From Bacteroidales bacterium (lineage in GTDB: Bacteria > Bacteroidota > Bacteroidia > Bacteroidales > JAADJA01): a stretch of 64,000 nucleotides of DNA. Position numbers and translations under genes: made by a program. Below are positions 29,378 through 40,334 of the stretch, in pieces. The notes under the pieces are model-generated. The model had not been told where the DNA came from. It ran no database searches and worked only from the letters and a program-made list of their open reading frames with translations. Each line of letters starts with the position of its first letter. Position 1 is the stretch's first letter. The stretch lies in assembly GCA_016783885.1 (NCBI GenBank), contig JADHVR010000005.1, positions 28,140 to 92,139 of the forward strand. The letters run 5' to 3'.

Positions 29378-30241
29378 TTAAATATCCTTTTCGATATATC
29401 TTTTCTGAACTATTACTACCAAAACTATCAAAAAAGCGAAAAATACACCAAGTGTAGCCGAATACCCCATGTGATAGTATTGGAATGCCTGTTTATAAAT
29501 ATACAGAACAGCCGATAATGTACTGTTCAGAGGGCCTCCTCCTGTCATTATGTAAGGCTCGATAAAAAGAGAAAAACCTCCGATAGTTGATAAAATTACA
29601 ACCATAAACATAGTAGGGTTGATCATCGGGACTGTAATTTTGATAAATTTTTGCCAATGACTTGCACCATCCAGGTCGGCTGCTTCGTAATATTGTTTCG
29701 GAACGGTTTGTAACCCAACTAAAAATAATATTACGTATAAACCTAAATTTTTCCATGTTGCCATAACTGCTATAGAGACCATAGCTATATCCGGGTCAAT
29801 AAGCCAGCCCACCTTTCCAAAACCAAGAGATACAAGTAAGCGGTTTAACACTCCATTTTCAAAACTAAAAAGTTGCTGCCATAATATGGTTACTACTACT
29901 CCGGAAACTACAACAGGCATGAAAAATGCAGCCCTGAAAAATCCTTTCAGCCGGATATTTTGATTTAGAAATTCTGCCAATGCCAGGGCTATAATGATCT
30001 GTAATGGGATATGAATCGACAGGAATTTGAATGTATTGAAAATTGATATCCAGAAAAGCCTGTCATAGAAGAGTCGTTTCCAGTTCCCGAATTCCACCCA
30101 TTCCATCGGGCCGATAATATTCCATTTATGAAATGTGAGAATGAGAGAAAAAATCACGGGAAATGTTGTGAATGCGAGCAAGTGCACCAAATAGGGCGAC
30201 ACCATAACGTAAGGCATGATTTTTTTCCTGGTATTGCTCAT
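29378..30241 (-). CDS. Carbohydrate ABC transporter permease (MalF/UgpA-like)
   Basis: EAA loop YEAADLDGA, TGGGP, multiple TM. Confidence 0.95.
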   Translation of the reverse strand: MSNTRKKIMPYVMVSPYLVHLLAFTTFPVIFSLILTFHKWNIIGPMEWVEFGNWKRLFYDRLFWISIFNTFKFLSIHIPLQIIIALALAEFLNQNIRLKGFFRAAFFMPVVVSGVVVTILWQQLFSFENGVLNRLLVSLGFGKVGWLIDPDIAMVSIAVMATWKNLGLYVILFLVGLQTVPKQYYEAADLDGASHWQKFIKITVPMINPTMFMVVILSTIGGFSLFIEPYIMTGGGPLNSTLSAVLYIYKQAFQYYHMGYSATLGVFFAFLIVLVVIVQKRYIEKDI

Positions 30242-30671
30242 CTTTAGTCTTTATCTTCTAAATGCTTTAATTGCCATAATTTTTTTTATTTCGGTCAAAA
30301 TTACGAAAAATATGCAGCCCTGACATGGCACTAAATTTTTTTGTTAATCTTCATTTACAGTTTATGTGTTATTTTGTATATTTGCATTTACATTTGAACC
30401 ATACTTACAATGAAAACCAGATTGAGCGGTTTAAGGCAGGGAGTGCGTTGAATTTAATAAGGCAGCAGAATAAATAAGTTCAAAGCTCAAGGATTTAAGT
30501 TTGAAGTTGAGTTAAATTCTATACCTTTCTTGAAATAACAGGTCTCATTACACTGGCTATCATCAACTGATTATGTTATCTGTAAACATAGTTCAACCTT
30601 TAAGAGACAACAAAGATGTTTTTGAAATAAACATTAATTTTGTATCTTTGAGATACCAAATCTATAATATT

Positions 30672-32837
30672 ATGAGACCACTATTTATATTTTGCCAATT
30701 TTTCATTTTTAGTTGTTTTATTTCCGCCCAGCAAACTCAAATGAATAATTCATATTTTGAAAACTATGGATTACTGAGTGAGACTTTTCTTAATGGCGGT
30801 TATTGCTATGAAACTGAAGTGATTGATGACCTAATGTACGTGGGAAGTGATGCAGGATTTTTGATATATGACATTTCAAATATTGATAAATATGAAATGG
30901 TTGGATTTTATAGCTGTGCTAAGGTGTGTTCTTTTTACATTAATAATGATACTGCCTATTTGGGTACCAAAGCTAGTTATCCAGGTTTAAAGAGTAAAAT
31001 TGAAATCATTGATATTTCGGATATAAGTAATCCATATCACATAGCTAGTTATGAAATTGAGGGATATACTATGGCACCGGCAAGTGGTTTACATGTGGTG
31101 GGCAATTATATTTATGTGAGCTACTATTATCTGTATATAATTGATATAAATGATTTGACTAATCCTGTCGAGCATAAAATCAACTCAGTTCATCCAAGTG
31201 ATTTAGTAGTTGAAAACAATATGCTTTATGTGGCAACCGGAGGGGATTTTGAGATTTATTACATTAATAATGATACAACAATTGTATCTATATCTTCATT
31301 GTACTGTCCGGGCTCAAAACTTCAAAAAATTGATAGTTTGATTTATATAACTAAAAATAGCCTAAAAATTGTAAACATAAGTGATCTTTATAATCCTGAA
31401 ATTTTATCCGAAACTAATTTCATAAATAATGTAGCAATTGATGTTAAAGTTGTTCAATCAAATGCTTATGTTATTGGTAAAAACAACAATAATGGTGTTT
31501 TTGCTATAGTTGATATTATTAACCCCACAGAGCCATCTATTATATATGAATCTATAGATTATTTAGGAAGTAACATTTTTATAAAGAATAACAACGCTTT
31601 TATAAGTGGATCGACAAATAATGAGTATGGAATCATTACCTTAGATATTCAAGAACCCTCAAATGTAAATCTTATAAATATTACTATTAGTTCTATAGCA
31701 CAAAAAAGTAAAGTTTATAATAGTACTGCCTATGTAGCAAATGGTTATTGTGGTGTAACATTATTTAATATTTCTGACCTGTCAAATCCTGTTGAAATTA
31801 GTTCAGTCCAAACAAAAGGTACTGCAGTTGATGTATTAAAAGATTCAAATATAGTTTACGTGGCTGAGGGTGATAGCGGAATACAAATTATTGATTACAC
31901 GAATCCTGGCCAACCTGAAATATTAAGTAACTTCAATGTATTTAATTATTGGGAAGGATTTTCAAATCTAAACAAATATGATAACTATTTATATGCCGGG
32001 GGAGCAGATTTGAATGAAATAATAGATGTTTCTGATCCTGAAAATCCCGTATTAGTTGGTCAAATACCAATAAATGATTGGAGTCCTGATATGAAGATTA
32101 TGGAAGACCATTTGTTCGTAGCAGGTTATTGGGGAGGTTTTCAGATTTTTAGCCTTGCTGATCCGGTTAATCCTGTTGAAGTTGGTTATTATCCATTAGG
32201 TTTGGCATTAAAGATTGCTATTTCAAAAAATCTTGGATATATTTATGATGGTGATGCAATTTTAATATTTGATATTAGTGATTATACTGATCCTATTCTT
32301 ACTTTTTCTCATGATCCAGGTCAATATGTAAGTGTATATCATATGTTTGCCTCAGGGGATTCATTGTATTATAGTGATGGATTATCAAGAATTAATGTTC
32401 TTGATGTAAGTAATCCATATAATCCGGTTATCGTGGATTCAATTTCGGACACAAGGGCATTGAGCTTTGATTTTTATAACAAAAATTTTGTTACTCATAA
32501 TGAATATTATATGAAAATCATTGGAGATACAACTATTGTTTCATCCGATAATAAATTGGAATTGCGGGAAGAGTATTATTTACATCAGAATATTCCAAAT
32601 CCCTGTTCTGAAAACACCAGTATCACTATATCCTTGCCAGAAACTATGAATATTAAACTGGAACTATATGATAATATTGGCAGAAAGTTAAACACAATAA
32701 TTGATAGAAGGTTAAATAAGGGAGAACATACAATCATGTACAATTCAACTTCATTAAAACAGGGCATTTATTATTACCGGTTAATTATTGCTGATAAATA
32801 TACGGAATCGAAGAAAATGTTGGTTGTTAAATATTAA
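30672..32837 (+). CDS. LVIVD-repeat beta-propeller protein with T9SS CTD
   Basis: Many IxDISxPxNP repeats; CTD QNIPNP...GIYYY...KKMLVVK. Promoter TATCTTTG at 30643-30650 supports the start at 30672. Confidence 0.88.
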   Translation: MRPLFIFCQFFIFSCFISAQQTQMNNSYFENYGLLSETFLNGGYCYETEVIDDLMYVGSDAGFLIYDISNIDKYEMVGFYSCAKVCSFYINNDTAYLGTKASYPGLKSKIEIIDISDISNPYHIASYEIEGYTMAPASGLHVVGNYIYVSYYYLYIIDINDLTNPVEHKINSVHPSDLVVENNMLYVATGGDFEIYYINNDTTIVSISSLYCPGSKLQKIDSLIYITKNSLKIVNISDLYNPEILSETNFINNVAIDVKVVQSNAYVIGKNNNNGVFAIVDIINPTEPSIIYESIDYLGSNIFIKNNNAFISGSTNNEYGIITLDIQEPSNVNLINITISSIAQKSKVYNSTAYVANGYCGVTLFNISDLSNPVEISSVQTKGTAVDVLKDSNIVYVAEGDSGIQIIDYTNPGQPEILSNFNVFNYWEGFSNLNKYDNYLYAGGADLNEIIDVSDPENPVLVGQIPINDWSPDMKIMEDHLFVAGYWGGFQIFSLADPVNPVEVGYYPLGLALKIAISKNLGYIYDGDAILIFDISDYTDPILTFSHDPGQYVSVYHMFASGDSLYYSDGLSRINVLDVSNPYNPVIVDSISDTRALSFDFYNKNFVTHNEYYMKIIGDTTIVSSDNKLELREEYYLHQNIPNPCSENTSITISLPETMNIKLELYDNIGRKLNTIIDRRLNKGEHTIMYNSTSLKQGIYYYRLIIADKYTESKKMLVVKY

Positions 32838-32927
32838 ATTCTTTAAGTTTTTCAACATAACAAATTCATTCACTCTGTTTTTCTTCGATTAGTCATGGCT
32901 GGTGCTTTGGAATTTGAAATTTTATCT

Positions 32928-34196
32928 TTATGTTTTTTGCTTCTTCTTCTTAGCAGCCGGGAAAAGCACATTGTTCAATATCAGCCGGTAGCCTGGTGAG
33001 TTAGGGTGTAGATTAAGATCCGTTGGCGGGTCGCCCACAAAATGCTGGTAATCTTCCGGATCGTGTCCGCTCAGGAATGTCCACATTCCTTTTCCAAACT
33101 CTCCGTGAATATATCTGGCTTCATTCAACGACTTATTTTCTCCCATTATCAGTATATTCGGCTTTACAAATTGCTTCCTGAAGGCAGTAGTCTGCCCCAT
33201 GAATCCTTTGATAACTTGTGTGTGATCCTGACAAAGCATGGTTGGCACGGGATCCCATTTAGCCGAAAATTCAAACAAGGAGAAATAATCGTTTCGTTGG
33301 TTTACCTTGCGCTGACGCTGAGTGGGAATAACATCGATAGAAGAAATTTCATATTCAAAGGGATTTGTGCTGATTGTAAAATCGCGAAATGCAAAACACT
33401 TGCTGTAATCTATCTTTTGCTGTGCATTGGGGTCCATCGGGTCACCATCGAACATCTGGTCGCATATATCAATGCCTTCTGCGGCAAGAGCCACATCATA
33501 GCTGTCGGGAGCCGAACACATTGCAAATAAATAACCACCGCCCGCTGTAAAATCCCTTATCTTTTTTGCTACTGCCAGCTTGCATTGTGAAACTTTACTG
33601 AATCCCAGCTTATGAGCTATTTCTTCATTTACCTTCACATCTTCCTTATACCAGTTCGCATCCCTGTATCTCGCCCAGAATTTCCCGTACTGACCTGTAA
33701 AATCTTCGTGATGAAGGTGGAGCCAGTCATATAGAGGCAAAACTCCTTCCATCACTTCTTCGTCGTAAACAATATCGTAGGGAATTTCAGCATAAGTAAG
33801 CACAAGCGTAACAGCATCATCCCAGGGCTGTTTGTTTTTTGGAGAGTAAACAGCAATTTTAGGAGCCTTATGCAGTTTTACCGCATCCATATTAACCTGC
33901 GGATCGGAAATCTCCATTAAAATTGCTGTTGATTGCACATCGGCAATGATCTGGTAGCTAACTCCGCGGATTACACATTCCTGCTCGATCAATTCATGGT
34001 ACTTGCACATAAAACTACCTCCGCGGTAATTCAGCAACCAATCTACTTCAACATCCTGCTGTAAAACCCAAAATGCAATACCATAAGATTTAAGGTGGTT
34101 TTTCTGGGTTTCGTCCATGGGTATCAAAAGGTAGGCAGCTTTTGAAATCAGAAACAAAGTGAGAAATACATATAGAAGCAGTATCTTTTTCATCAT
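32928..34196 (-). CDS. Conserved Bacteroidota exported protein with class I glutamine-amidotransferase-like fold (often labelled 'asparagine synthetase B')
   Basis: LLIPMD, WLLNYRGGSF, PWDDAV, WLHLHHEDFTGQYGKF, AMCSA, GHDPED; adjacent to dnaB. Confidence 0.75.
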   Translation of the reverse strand: MMKKILLLYVFLTLFLISKAAYLLIPMDETQKNHLKSYGIAFWVLQQDVEVDWLLNYRGGSFMCKYHELIEQECVIRGVSYQIIADVQSTAILMEISDPQVNMDAVKLHKAPKIAVYSPKNKQPWDDAVTLVLTYAEIPYDIVYDEEVMEGVLPLYDWLHLHHEDFTGQYGKFWARYRDANWYKEDVKVNEEIAHKLGFSKVSQCKLAVAKKIRDFTAGGGYLFAMCSAPDSYDVALAAEGIDICDQMFDGDPMDPNAQQKIDYSKCFAFRDFTISTNPFEYEISSIDVIPTQRQRKVNQRNDYFSLFEFSAKWDPVPTMLCQDHTQVIKGFMGQTTAFRKQFVKPNILIMGENKSLNEARYIHGEFGKGMWTFLSGHDPEDYQHFVGDPPTDLNLHPNSPGYRLILNNVLFPAAKKKKQKT

Positions 34197-34246
34197 TGAA
34201 TCCAACGTGTTTAATGTGATAATATTGCTATATCCATTAACACAAA

Positions 34247-35791
34247 TCAGAACGGGTGCTCCTCCTCCGGCATATCATTCATTCGTGATTGAACAGTGTA
34301 TGAATTTTCAGCAGGATAATCATAATCAGCAGGAAAGTCGCCCGGCACCTCAGTATCACCTGTTTCATAGTCGGTGAACCTGGCAAATTTATCTATGAAT
34401 TGAAGTTTAATTTCAGCCAGCGCCCCGTTTCTGTGCTTTGCAATGATAAGTTCAGCCAGTCCTTTTGTTGAATTGCCATCTTCATCCTGGTCTATTTTAT
34501 AATATTCAGGTCTGTAAATGAACAGCACAAGGTCGGCATCCTGCTCGATGGCTCCCGATTCACGAAGGTCGGAAAGGATAGGACGTTTGGAGCCGGTGCG
34601 TGTTTCAACCGATCTGTTAAGCTGAGAAAGGGTTATTATTGGAACGTTTAACTCTTTTGAAAGACTTTTCAGAGACCTTGAAATAGCACTGATCTCCTGT
34701 TCGCGGTTTCCCTGATTATCTCCGCCTGTTGACATCAACTGAATATAATCAACGATAACTAATTGTATATCATGCTGAGCTTTCAAACGGCGGCATTTAG
34801 CACGTAATTCAAAAATGGAAAGTGCAGGCGTATCATCAATGAATAATGGTGCATCGATCAGTTTGCCTATTTTAGCATTTAATTGCTCCCATTCGTAATT
34901 TTCAAGATTCCCTTTTTTAAGTTTATTGGCTGATAATTGCGTTTCGCTTGAAATCAACCTTGTAACAAGCTGAATTGATGACATCTCAAGTGAGAAGAAA
35001 GCAACAGGAATATTAAAATCGACAGCAATATTTCTTGCCATTGAAAGAACTAAAGCCGTTTTACCCATCCCCGGACGAGAAGCCAGAATAATCAGGTCGG
35101 ATTTTTGCCAGCCTGTCGTAACCCTGTCCAAATCGGTAAATCCTGATGGAGTTCCTCTTAAGTTTCCTTCATGGTCGCGAGCCGCTTGAATATCCTGGAT
35201 AGCTTCCCTGACCAATGTCTGCATATTGTCATAATCTCTTCTGAAATTATTTTCGCTTACGGCGAAAAGGTTTTTTTCGGCTTTATCGAGAAGATCAAAA
35301 ACATCAGTCGTATCTTCAAAAGCATCTTTAATGATCTCTGAGGAGATTCTGATCAACTCACGCTGAATATATTTTTGAGTAACGATCCTTGCATGATATT
35401 CGATATTTGCAGTTGAAGCAATCCTGTTGGTTAATTGAGTGATATAATAGGCTCCTCCAATTAATTCCAGTTCGCCGCTCGATTTTAATTCATTGGTAAC
35501 GGTTAAAATATCGATAGGTTCTGATTTGGCAAACAAACGATGTATTGCTGCATAAATAACCTGGTGGGCTTCTTTGTAAAAAACTTCAGGTTTTAAAATA
35601 TCGATAACAGAGGTAAGTGCATTTTGTTCGAGCATTAGTGCACCGAGAATGGCTTCTTCAAGTTCAACAGCCTGGGGTGGTATCCTGCCGTGCTCGGCAA
35701 AAACTTGTGTTAAGGCATTTTTTTGAATCCTTTTTTTGACTTTCCCCTGAATATCAGTAACTTTATCCGCTTTTTTTTCTTGTTCAATCAT
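34247..35791 (-). CDS. dnaB: Replicative DNA helicase
   Basis: PPQAVELE, SRPGMGKT, SLEM, VDYIQL, LSQLNR, DLRESGAIEQDAD; no intein. Confidence 0.98.
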   Translation of the reverse strand: MIEQEKKADKVTDIQGKVKKRIQKNALTQVFAEHGRIPPQAVELEEAILGALMLEQNALTSVIDILKPEVFYKEAHQVIYAAIHRLFAKSEPIDILTVTNELKSSGELELIGGAYYITQLTNRIASTANIEYHARIVTQKYIQRELIRISSEIIKDAFEDTTDVFDLLDKAEKNLFAVSENNFRRDYDNMQTLVREAIQDIQAARDHEGNLRGTPSGFTDLDRVTTGWQKSDLIILASRPGMGKTALVLSMARNIAVDFNIPVAFFSLEMSSIQLVTRLISSETQLSANKLKKGNLENYEWEQLNAKIGKLIDAPLFIDDTPALSIFELRAKCRRLKAQHDIQLVIVDYIQLMSTGGDNQGNREQEISAISRSLKSLSKELNVPIITLSQLNRSVETRTGSKRPILSDLRESGAIEQDADLVLFIYRPEYYKIDQDEDGNSTKGLAELIIAKHRNGALAEIKLQFIDKFARFTDYETGDTEVPGDFPADYDYPAENSYTVQSRMNDMPEEEHPF

Positions 35792-35910
35792 GCTTCAAAA
35801 GTATATTATAAAACAAGTATTATTTTAAAATTAAACGTTTTTTTTTATTAACATTATTTTCTATTTTTGAGAATTTTATTAACTAAATTTTGTTAATAAA
35901 TAATTTTGAT

Positions 35911-36522
35911 ATGAAAATTATTTGTATAGGAATGAATTACGTTGAGCACGTTAGAGAATTAAACAACGTGCTGCCAAAGAAGCCTGTTTTTTTCCTCAAA
36001 CCGGAAACGTCTTTATTATTAAGAAACCGTCCGTTTTATTATCCGGGATTTTCTAATGAAATTCATTATGAGATTGAACTGGTAATAAAAATCAACAGAA
36101 ACGGAAAATTCATACAGGAAAAATTCGCACCTTTATATTATAATGAAATTGGTCTTGGTATTGACTTTACAGCAAGGGATATTCAAAGGCAATGCAAAGA
36201 AAAAGGATTACCCTGGGAAATAGCTAAAGGATTTGATAGTTCGGCGCCGCTTAGTAAATTTATTTCGTTTGAAGAACTTAAAAATAGGGACAATATTAAA
36301 TTTCATCTTGATTTAAACAGTAAAACGGTTCAGTGTGGAAATTCAAAAGACATGGTATTTACTTTCGATAAAATTATTTCGTATGTTTCTCAATTCATGA
36401 TGTTAAAGATGGGAGATTTAATTTTTACAGGGACACCTGCCGGTGTAGGTCCTGTTAAAATCGGTGATCGCCTCGAAGGATTTATTGAGAGTAAAAAAAT
36501 GTTTGATTTTTGTGTTAAATAG
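35911..36522 (+). CDS. Fumarylacetoacetate hydrolase family protein
   Basis: IGMNYxEH, FLKP, HYEIEL, DFTARD, AKGFD, TGTPAGVG. Confidence 0.95.
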   Translation: MKIICIGMNYVEHVRELNNVLPKKPVFFLKPETSLLLRNRPFYYPGFSNEIHYEIELVIKINRNGKFIQEKFAPLYYNEIGLGIDFTARDIQRQCKEKGLPWEIAKGFDSSAPLSKFISFEELKNRDNIKFHLDLNSKTVQCGNSKDMVFTFDKIISYVSQFMMLKMGDLIFTGTPAGVGPVKIGDRLEGFIESKKMFDFCVK

Positions 36523-36527
36523 GAGTA

Positions 36528-36547
36528 ACCCCGATAGCTATCGGGGT
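36528..36547. repeat. Perfect 20-bp palindrome of the CCCGA-N-TCGGG family
   Basis: accccgatagctatcggggt between convergent genes. Related hairpins at 20555, 45638, 46739 and 61289. Confidence 0.8.
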
Positions 36548-36594
36548 CAGTCGGCAGTATTCAAATGACACGATGTAAATGACTAATGGACGAA

Positions 36595-37074
36595 CTATTT
36601 TTTCTTAACAAGAGCTATGGCATAAGCTGCTATTCCTTCCGCGCGTCCGGTAAAACCTAATTCTTCAGTAGTAGTTGCTTTAACTGAAATATCATCTTCC
36701 GAAAGTCCTGCCGTTTCAGCCAAAGTTTTTTTAATTTCAGGGATATATGAAGATATCTTTGGTTGTTCTAAACAAACCGTTGAATCAATATTATTAATAG
36801 AATAATCATTTTGGGCTACAAGCTTGCAAACTTCCGTTAAGAGTTTTTTACTGTCAATCCCTTTATATTGAGGGTCTGTGTCGGGGAAAAGAAAACCAAT
36901 ATCCCTGAGATTAATGGCTCCAAGCAATGCATCACATATAGCATGTATCAAAACATCGGCATCGGAATAACCAACAGCGCCCCTCTCCGATTGAATTTTT
37001 ACTCCCCCAATCCAAAGGTCGGCGCCTTTTTTTAGCTTATGAACATCAAATCCAAATCCTACCTTAATTTTCAT
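36595..37074 (-). CDS. ispF: 2-C-methyl-D-erythritol 2,4-cyclodiphosphate synthase
   Basis: GFGFDVH, SDADVLIHA, DIG..FPD, KATTTE. Confidence 0.96.
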   Translation of the reverse strand: MKIKVGFGFDVHKLKKGADLWIGGVKIQSERGAVGYSDADVLIHAICDALLGAINLRDIGFLFPDTDPQYKGIDSKKLLTEVCKLVAQNDYSINNIDSTVCLEQPKISSYIPEIKKTLAETAGLSEDDISVKATTTEELGFTGRAEGIAAYAIALVKKK

Positions 37075-38291
37075 TCGCTTTGACTCTTAAAGCCTTCAAA
37101 ATTAAATGTTAATGTAAATCGGAGTGTGTTTTGTAAAGGGTTTTGCTGTTCTGTTGGAATCAGGTAAGAAAAATCCAGGCCAAAAATATTATATCTTAAT
37201 CCTGCTCCGAGGGTGAAAAATTTCCTGTTACCTTTCATAGAGCTTTCATGAAAATATCCTGCTCTGACCGCAAATTGTTTATCATACCAGTATTCCACAC
37301 CTACTACCCATATAATTTCCTTTAGTTCTTCAGTTAATCCGCCCGGTGCATCGTAAAATGACTGGATCATACCCTGTACAACAGAAACATCAGGATTTTT
37401 ACCTTTTAAAATCACTTTATTACCAGCACCATCCAAGATTGGATTACCCAAAGTATCGGTTTCGTAAATAGGCGGAGTTGGAACAAGCAATTTGTTTAAA
37501 TCAAATTGAAAAGTGAAAGAGTTATAATCATCAATGTCAATATGGAATGACGGTCCGATACGAAGGTTAGTCGGAATAAAATCCTTAGTCATATCATCAT
37601 TCGAATAGGAAATTTTTGCGCCGATATTTGAAATATTAATTCCCCAATTCAACCTTGCAGATTCAAGCCCGTTAATGTTTAATTCATTTGTATGGAATAT
37701 TGCCACATCAGTAGCAATTGAAGTACCAGCTTTTGTAGCTGTACCCTGAACAAATTGTCCCTGTGTAAGGTTTGAATATATAAACCTTAATGAAACAGCG
37801 CCGGATAATTTTGGTGAAAATTTTCTTGAATAATTACCATCAATTGAAAACTCGCTGGGGCGATAATTACCTATTGTCTCACCCTGAATATCAGTAAAGG
37901 TTATATCGCCTAATGAAAAAAACGTCAATGATGCACTAACAGCCGACTTATCATCTATTTTATAAAAACCGGCTAAATAAGCCAGATTTATATCATTAAC
38001 CAGTTTCCTGAGCCAGGGGCTGTATGATACCGCAAAACCCATCTTTTTGTTAATAAATGGATACTTCGCGGGATTCCAGTGCATTGAATTTGCATCAGGG
38101 GTAGTGGCGGCTCCAAGTTCACCCATGCCTCCCGAACGGGCGTCTGGCCCAATCATAAGAAATGGCACTGCAGTGGTTATTGTGTTTTGAGATTCCTGTC
38201 CTACGTAATTTGGTTTTTTATTCTGTGCAACAGAATGATAAGATATTGTTAGTAAAACTGCCCCCAATAATAGAATGAAACTCTTTCTCAT
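37071..38291 (-). CDS. porV: T9SS outer-membrane shuttle PorV (LptO)
   Basis: ITTAVPFLxIxPDARxGGMG, WNPAKY, PWL, KLLVPTPP, GNRKFFTLG, DFSYL; overlaps ispF as usual. Confidence 0.93.
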   Translation of the reverse strand: MRKSFILLLGAVLLTISYHSVAQNKKPNYVGQESQNTITTAVPFLMIGPDARSGGMGELGAATTPDANSMHWNPAKYPFINKKMGFAVSYSPWLRKLVNDINLAYLAGFYKIDDKSAVSASLTFFSLGDITFTDIQGETIGNYRPSEFSIDGNYSRKFSPKLSGAVSLRFIYSNLTQGQFVQGTATKAGTSIATDVAIFHTNELNINGLESARLNWGINISNIGAKISYSNDDMTKDFIPTNLRIGPSFHIDIDDYNSFTFQFDLNKLLVPTPPIYETDTLGNPILDGAGNKVILKGKNPDVSVVQGMIQSFYDAPGGLTEELKEIIWVVGVEYWYDKQFAVRAGYFHESSMKGNRKFFTLGAGLRYNIFGLDFSYLIPTEQQNPLQNTLRFTLTFNFEGFKSQSE

Positions 38292-38628
38292 ATTAACTTC
38301 TTGTAGTTCAACTTAAAATTTTTTGATGTGCAAAAGTAACGATTATTTAAATATTATATTGTAATATAAAATATAACTTAATTTGATAAAAATTATATTA
38401 TAAGCAATTTGAGAATAAATTGATAAATCATTTTAACTTTATTTAAAAATATTTATTGTATTTGTCAAAATCTTATTTCTAAAAAATGGCTAATGAAAAA
38501 TGCCTAATGACTACCAATGACCAATTAACCCAGCACCCAATATCTGACAGTTTATAAATATTACTTGATCTATAATTTTCGGTAATAAAAATTTCTATCT
38601 TTGCGCCAATTTTTTAAAACCTGTGGTT

Positions 38629-40098
38629 ATGATTCTCGATAAAGACAAATTTTCAGGTGAAGGGCTTACTTATGACGATGTCTTACTTTCTCCGGCATAC
38701 ACCGAAGTTCTTCCCCGTGAAGTTGATACTTCGACATTATTCGCTAAAAACATTCGTTTAAATATACCTATTATTTCTGCTGCCATGGATACTGTTACTG
38801 AGCATACAATGGCAATTGCTATGGCACAGGAAGGGGGCATTGGAGTTATTCACAAGAACATGACCATAGCAGATCAGGCGAATGAAGTAAAAAAGGTAAA
38901 ACGGGCAGAGAATGGAATGATCCTCGATCCGATAACACTTAACAAGGACGCTATTGTCAGTGATGCATTACAGATAATGAGCGAATTTAATATTGGTGGC
39001 ATTCCTGTTGTTGATGCCGAAAATATTCTTGTTGGTATTGTTACAAACAGAGATTTGCGATTTGAAAGAAATCACGAAAGACCCGTTAAAGAAGTGATGA
39101 CGAAGGAAAAAATTATCACAACCACCGAATTCACCGATTTTGAAAAAGCTGCCGATATTTTACAGGAACATAAAATTGAAAAACTTCCGGTTGTTGATAA
39201 TAATTTTAGGCTGGTTGGTCTGATTACATATAAAGACATTATAAAAATAAAGGAGAGACCGAATGCCTGTAAGGATAAACGCGGCAGATTACGTGTTGCT
39301 GCGGCTGTAGGTGTTGCCGCCGATACAATCAGCAGGGTTAAAGCCCTTGTTAATGCAGAAGTTGATGCCATTGTTATTGATACTGCTCACGGTCATTCAA
39401 AAGGAGTGATGAATATAGCACGGGAGGTTAAAGAGCATTTCCCCGCCATTGAATTAGTGGTGGGAAATATTGGTACGGTGCAGGCAGCAAGAGACCTCGC
39501 AAATCTGGGTGTTGACGCAGTGAAAGTAGGCGTTGGCCCGGGTTCTATTTGTACTACACGTGTTATTGCGGGTATAGGGATTCCTCAACTGTCAGCTATT
39601 TATGAAGTTGCAAAAGGATTGAAGGGCACTGGGATTCCGGTAATTGCTGATGGCGGCATAAGGTACACCGGTGATATTGTAAAAGCAATAGCTGCCGGTG
39701 CTCATTCTATTATGGCAGGGTCAACATTTGCAGGAGTGGATGAGTCAGCGGGTGAAACCATTATCTTCGAAGGACGCAAGTACAAGACATATCGCGGTAT
39801 GGGTTCCATCGAGGCTATGCAAAAGGGTTCGAAAGACCGGTATTTCCAGGATATGGAAGACGATATTAAAAAATTCGTTCCGGAAGGAATTATTGGGAGA
39901 GTTCCTTATAAAGGCGGATTGTCGGAAGTGATACATCAAATGGTTGGCGGTCTCAGAGCAGGTATGGGCTACACCGGTTCAAAAAATATTTCGGACTTGC
40001 AAAAAGCAAAATTTATTAAAATAACTTCTGCCGGTGTTGTTGAAAGTCATCCGCACGATATTACTATTACACGCGAAGCTCCCAATTATAGCAGATAA
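38629..40098 (+). CDS. guaB: IMP dehydrogenase
   Basis: [11 protein letters not shown] pair, [22 protein letters not shown]. Confidence 0.98.
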   Translation: MILDKDKFSGEGLTYDDVLLSPAYTEVLPREVDTSTLFAKNIRLNIPIISAAMDTVTEHTMAIAMAQEGGIGVIHKNMTIADQANEVKKVKRAENGMILDPITLNKDAIVSDALQIMSEFNIGGIPVVDAENILVGIVTNRDLRFERNHERPVKEVMTKEKIITTTEFTDFEKAADILQEHKIEKLPVVDNNFRLVGLITYKDIIKIKERPNACKDKRGRLRVAAAVGVAADTISRVKALVNAEVDAIVIDTAHGHSKGVMNIAREVKEHFPAIELVVGNIGTVQAARDLANLGVDAVKVGVGPGSICTTRVIAGIGIPQLSAIYEVAKGLKGTGIPVIADGGIRYTGDIVKAIAAGAHSIMAGSTFAGVDESAGETIIFEGRKYKTYRGMGSIEAMQKGSKDRYFQDMEDDIKKFVPEGIIGRVPYKGGLSEVIHQMVGGLRAGMGYTGSKNISDLQKAKFIKITSAGVVESHPHDITITREAPNYSR

Positions 40099-40103
40099 GG
40101 AAG

Positions 40104-40245
40104 AATTTTAGATTTTAGATTGAAAAATTAGATTATCAATATTCAAATTTTCTAATGACCGATGACTATTGAATGACTATTAATGACAGCGAAGCTAATG
40201 ACGATAAATGACTATAAATGACAGCGAAGCTAATGACAACAAATG
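40104..40245. repeat. Intergenic AATGAC-type degenerate tandem array
   Basis: About 9 atgac units. The 20-mer atgacagcgaagctaatgac occurs at 40183 and 40218, and 19/20 identical at 1046. Confidence 0.85.
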
Positions 40246-40334
40246 AAAATAAAGACAATTATCTTTTTATTGTTACTAAAAAAATTATATTTGCGCCTCG
40301 AAATTATTAAACATTAACTTAAATATTAATTAAT

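Noticed and set aside
30410-30451. Short ORF MKTRLSGLRQGVR* or ncRNA after the TATATTTG element near 30377
   Set aside because: No recognisable peptide or RNA structure; cannot be supported from sequence alone.
32851-32880. ACATAAC-AAATTCATTCACTC after the LVIVD gene resembles the left end of an attC
   Set aside because: No complementary right arm or matching core site, and the gene has its own promoter; too weak to call.
32928-34196. Calling this gene asnB
   Set aside because: It lacks the Ntn Cys and asparagine-synthase motifs and has a signal peptide; the real AsnB-family gene is at the window end.
40104-40245. Possible CRISPR array (also considered for 1893-1992 and 9307-9518)
   Set aside because: Units are too short, degenerate or contiguous, there are no unique spacers, and no cas genes are present.
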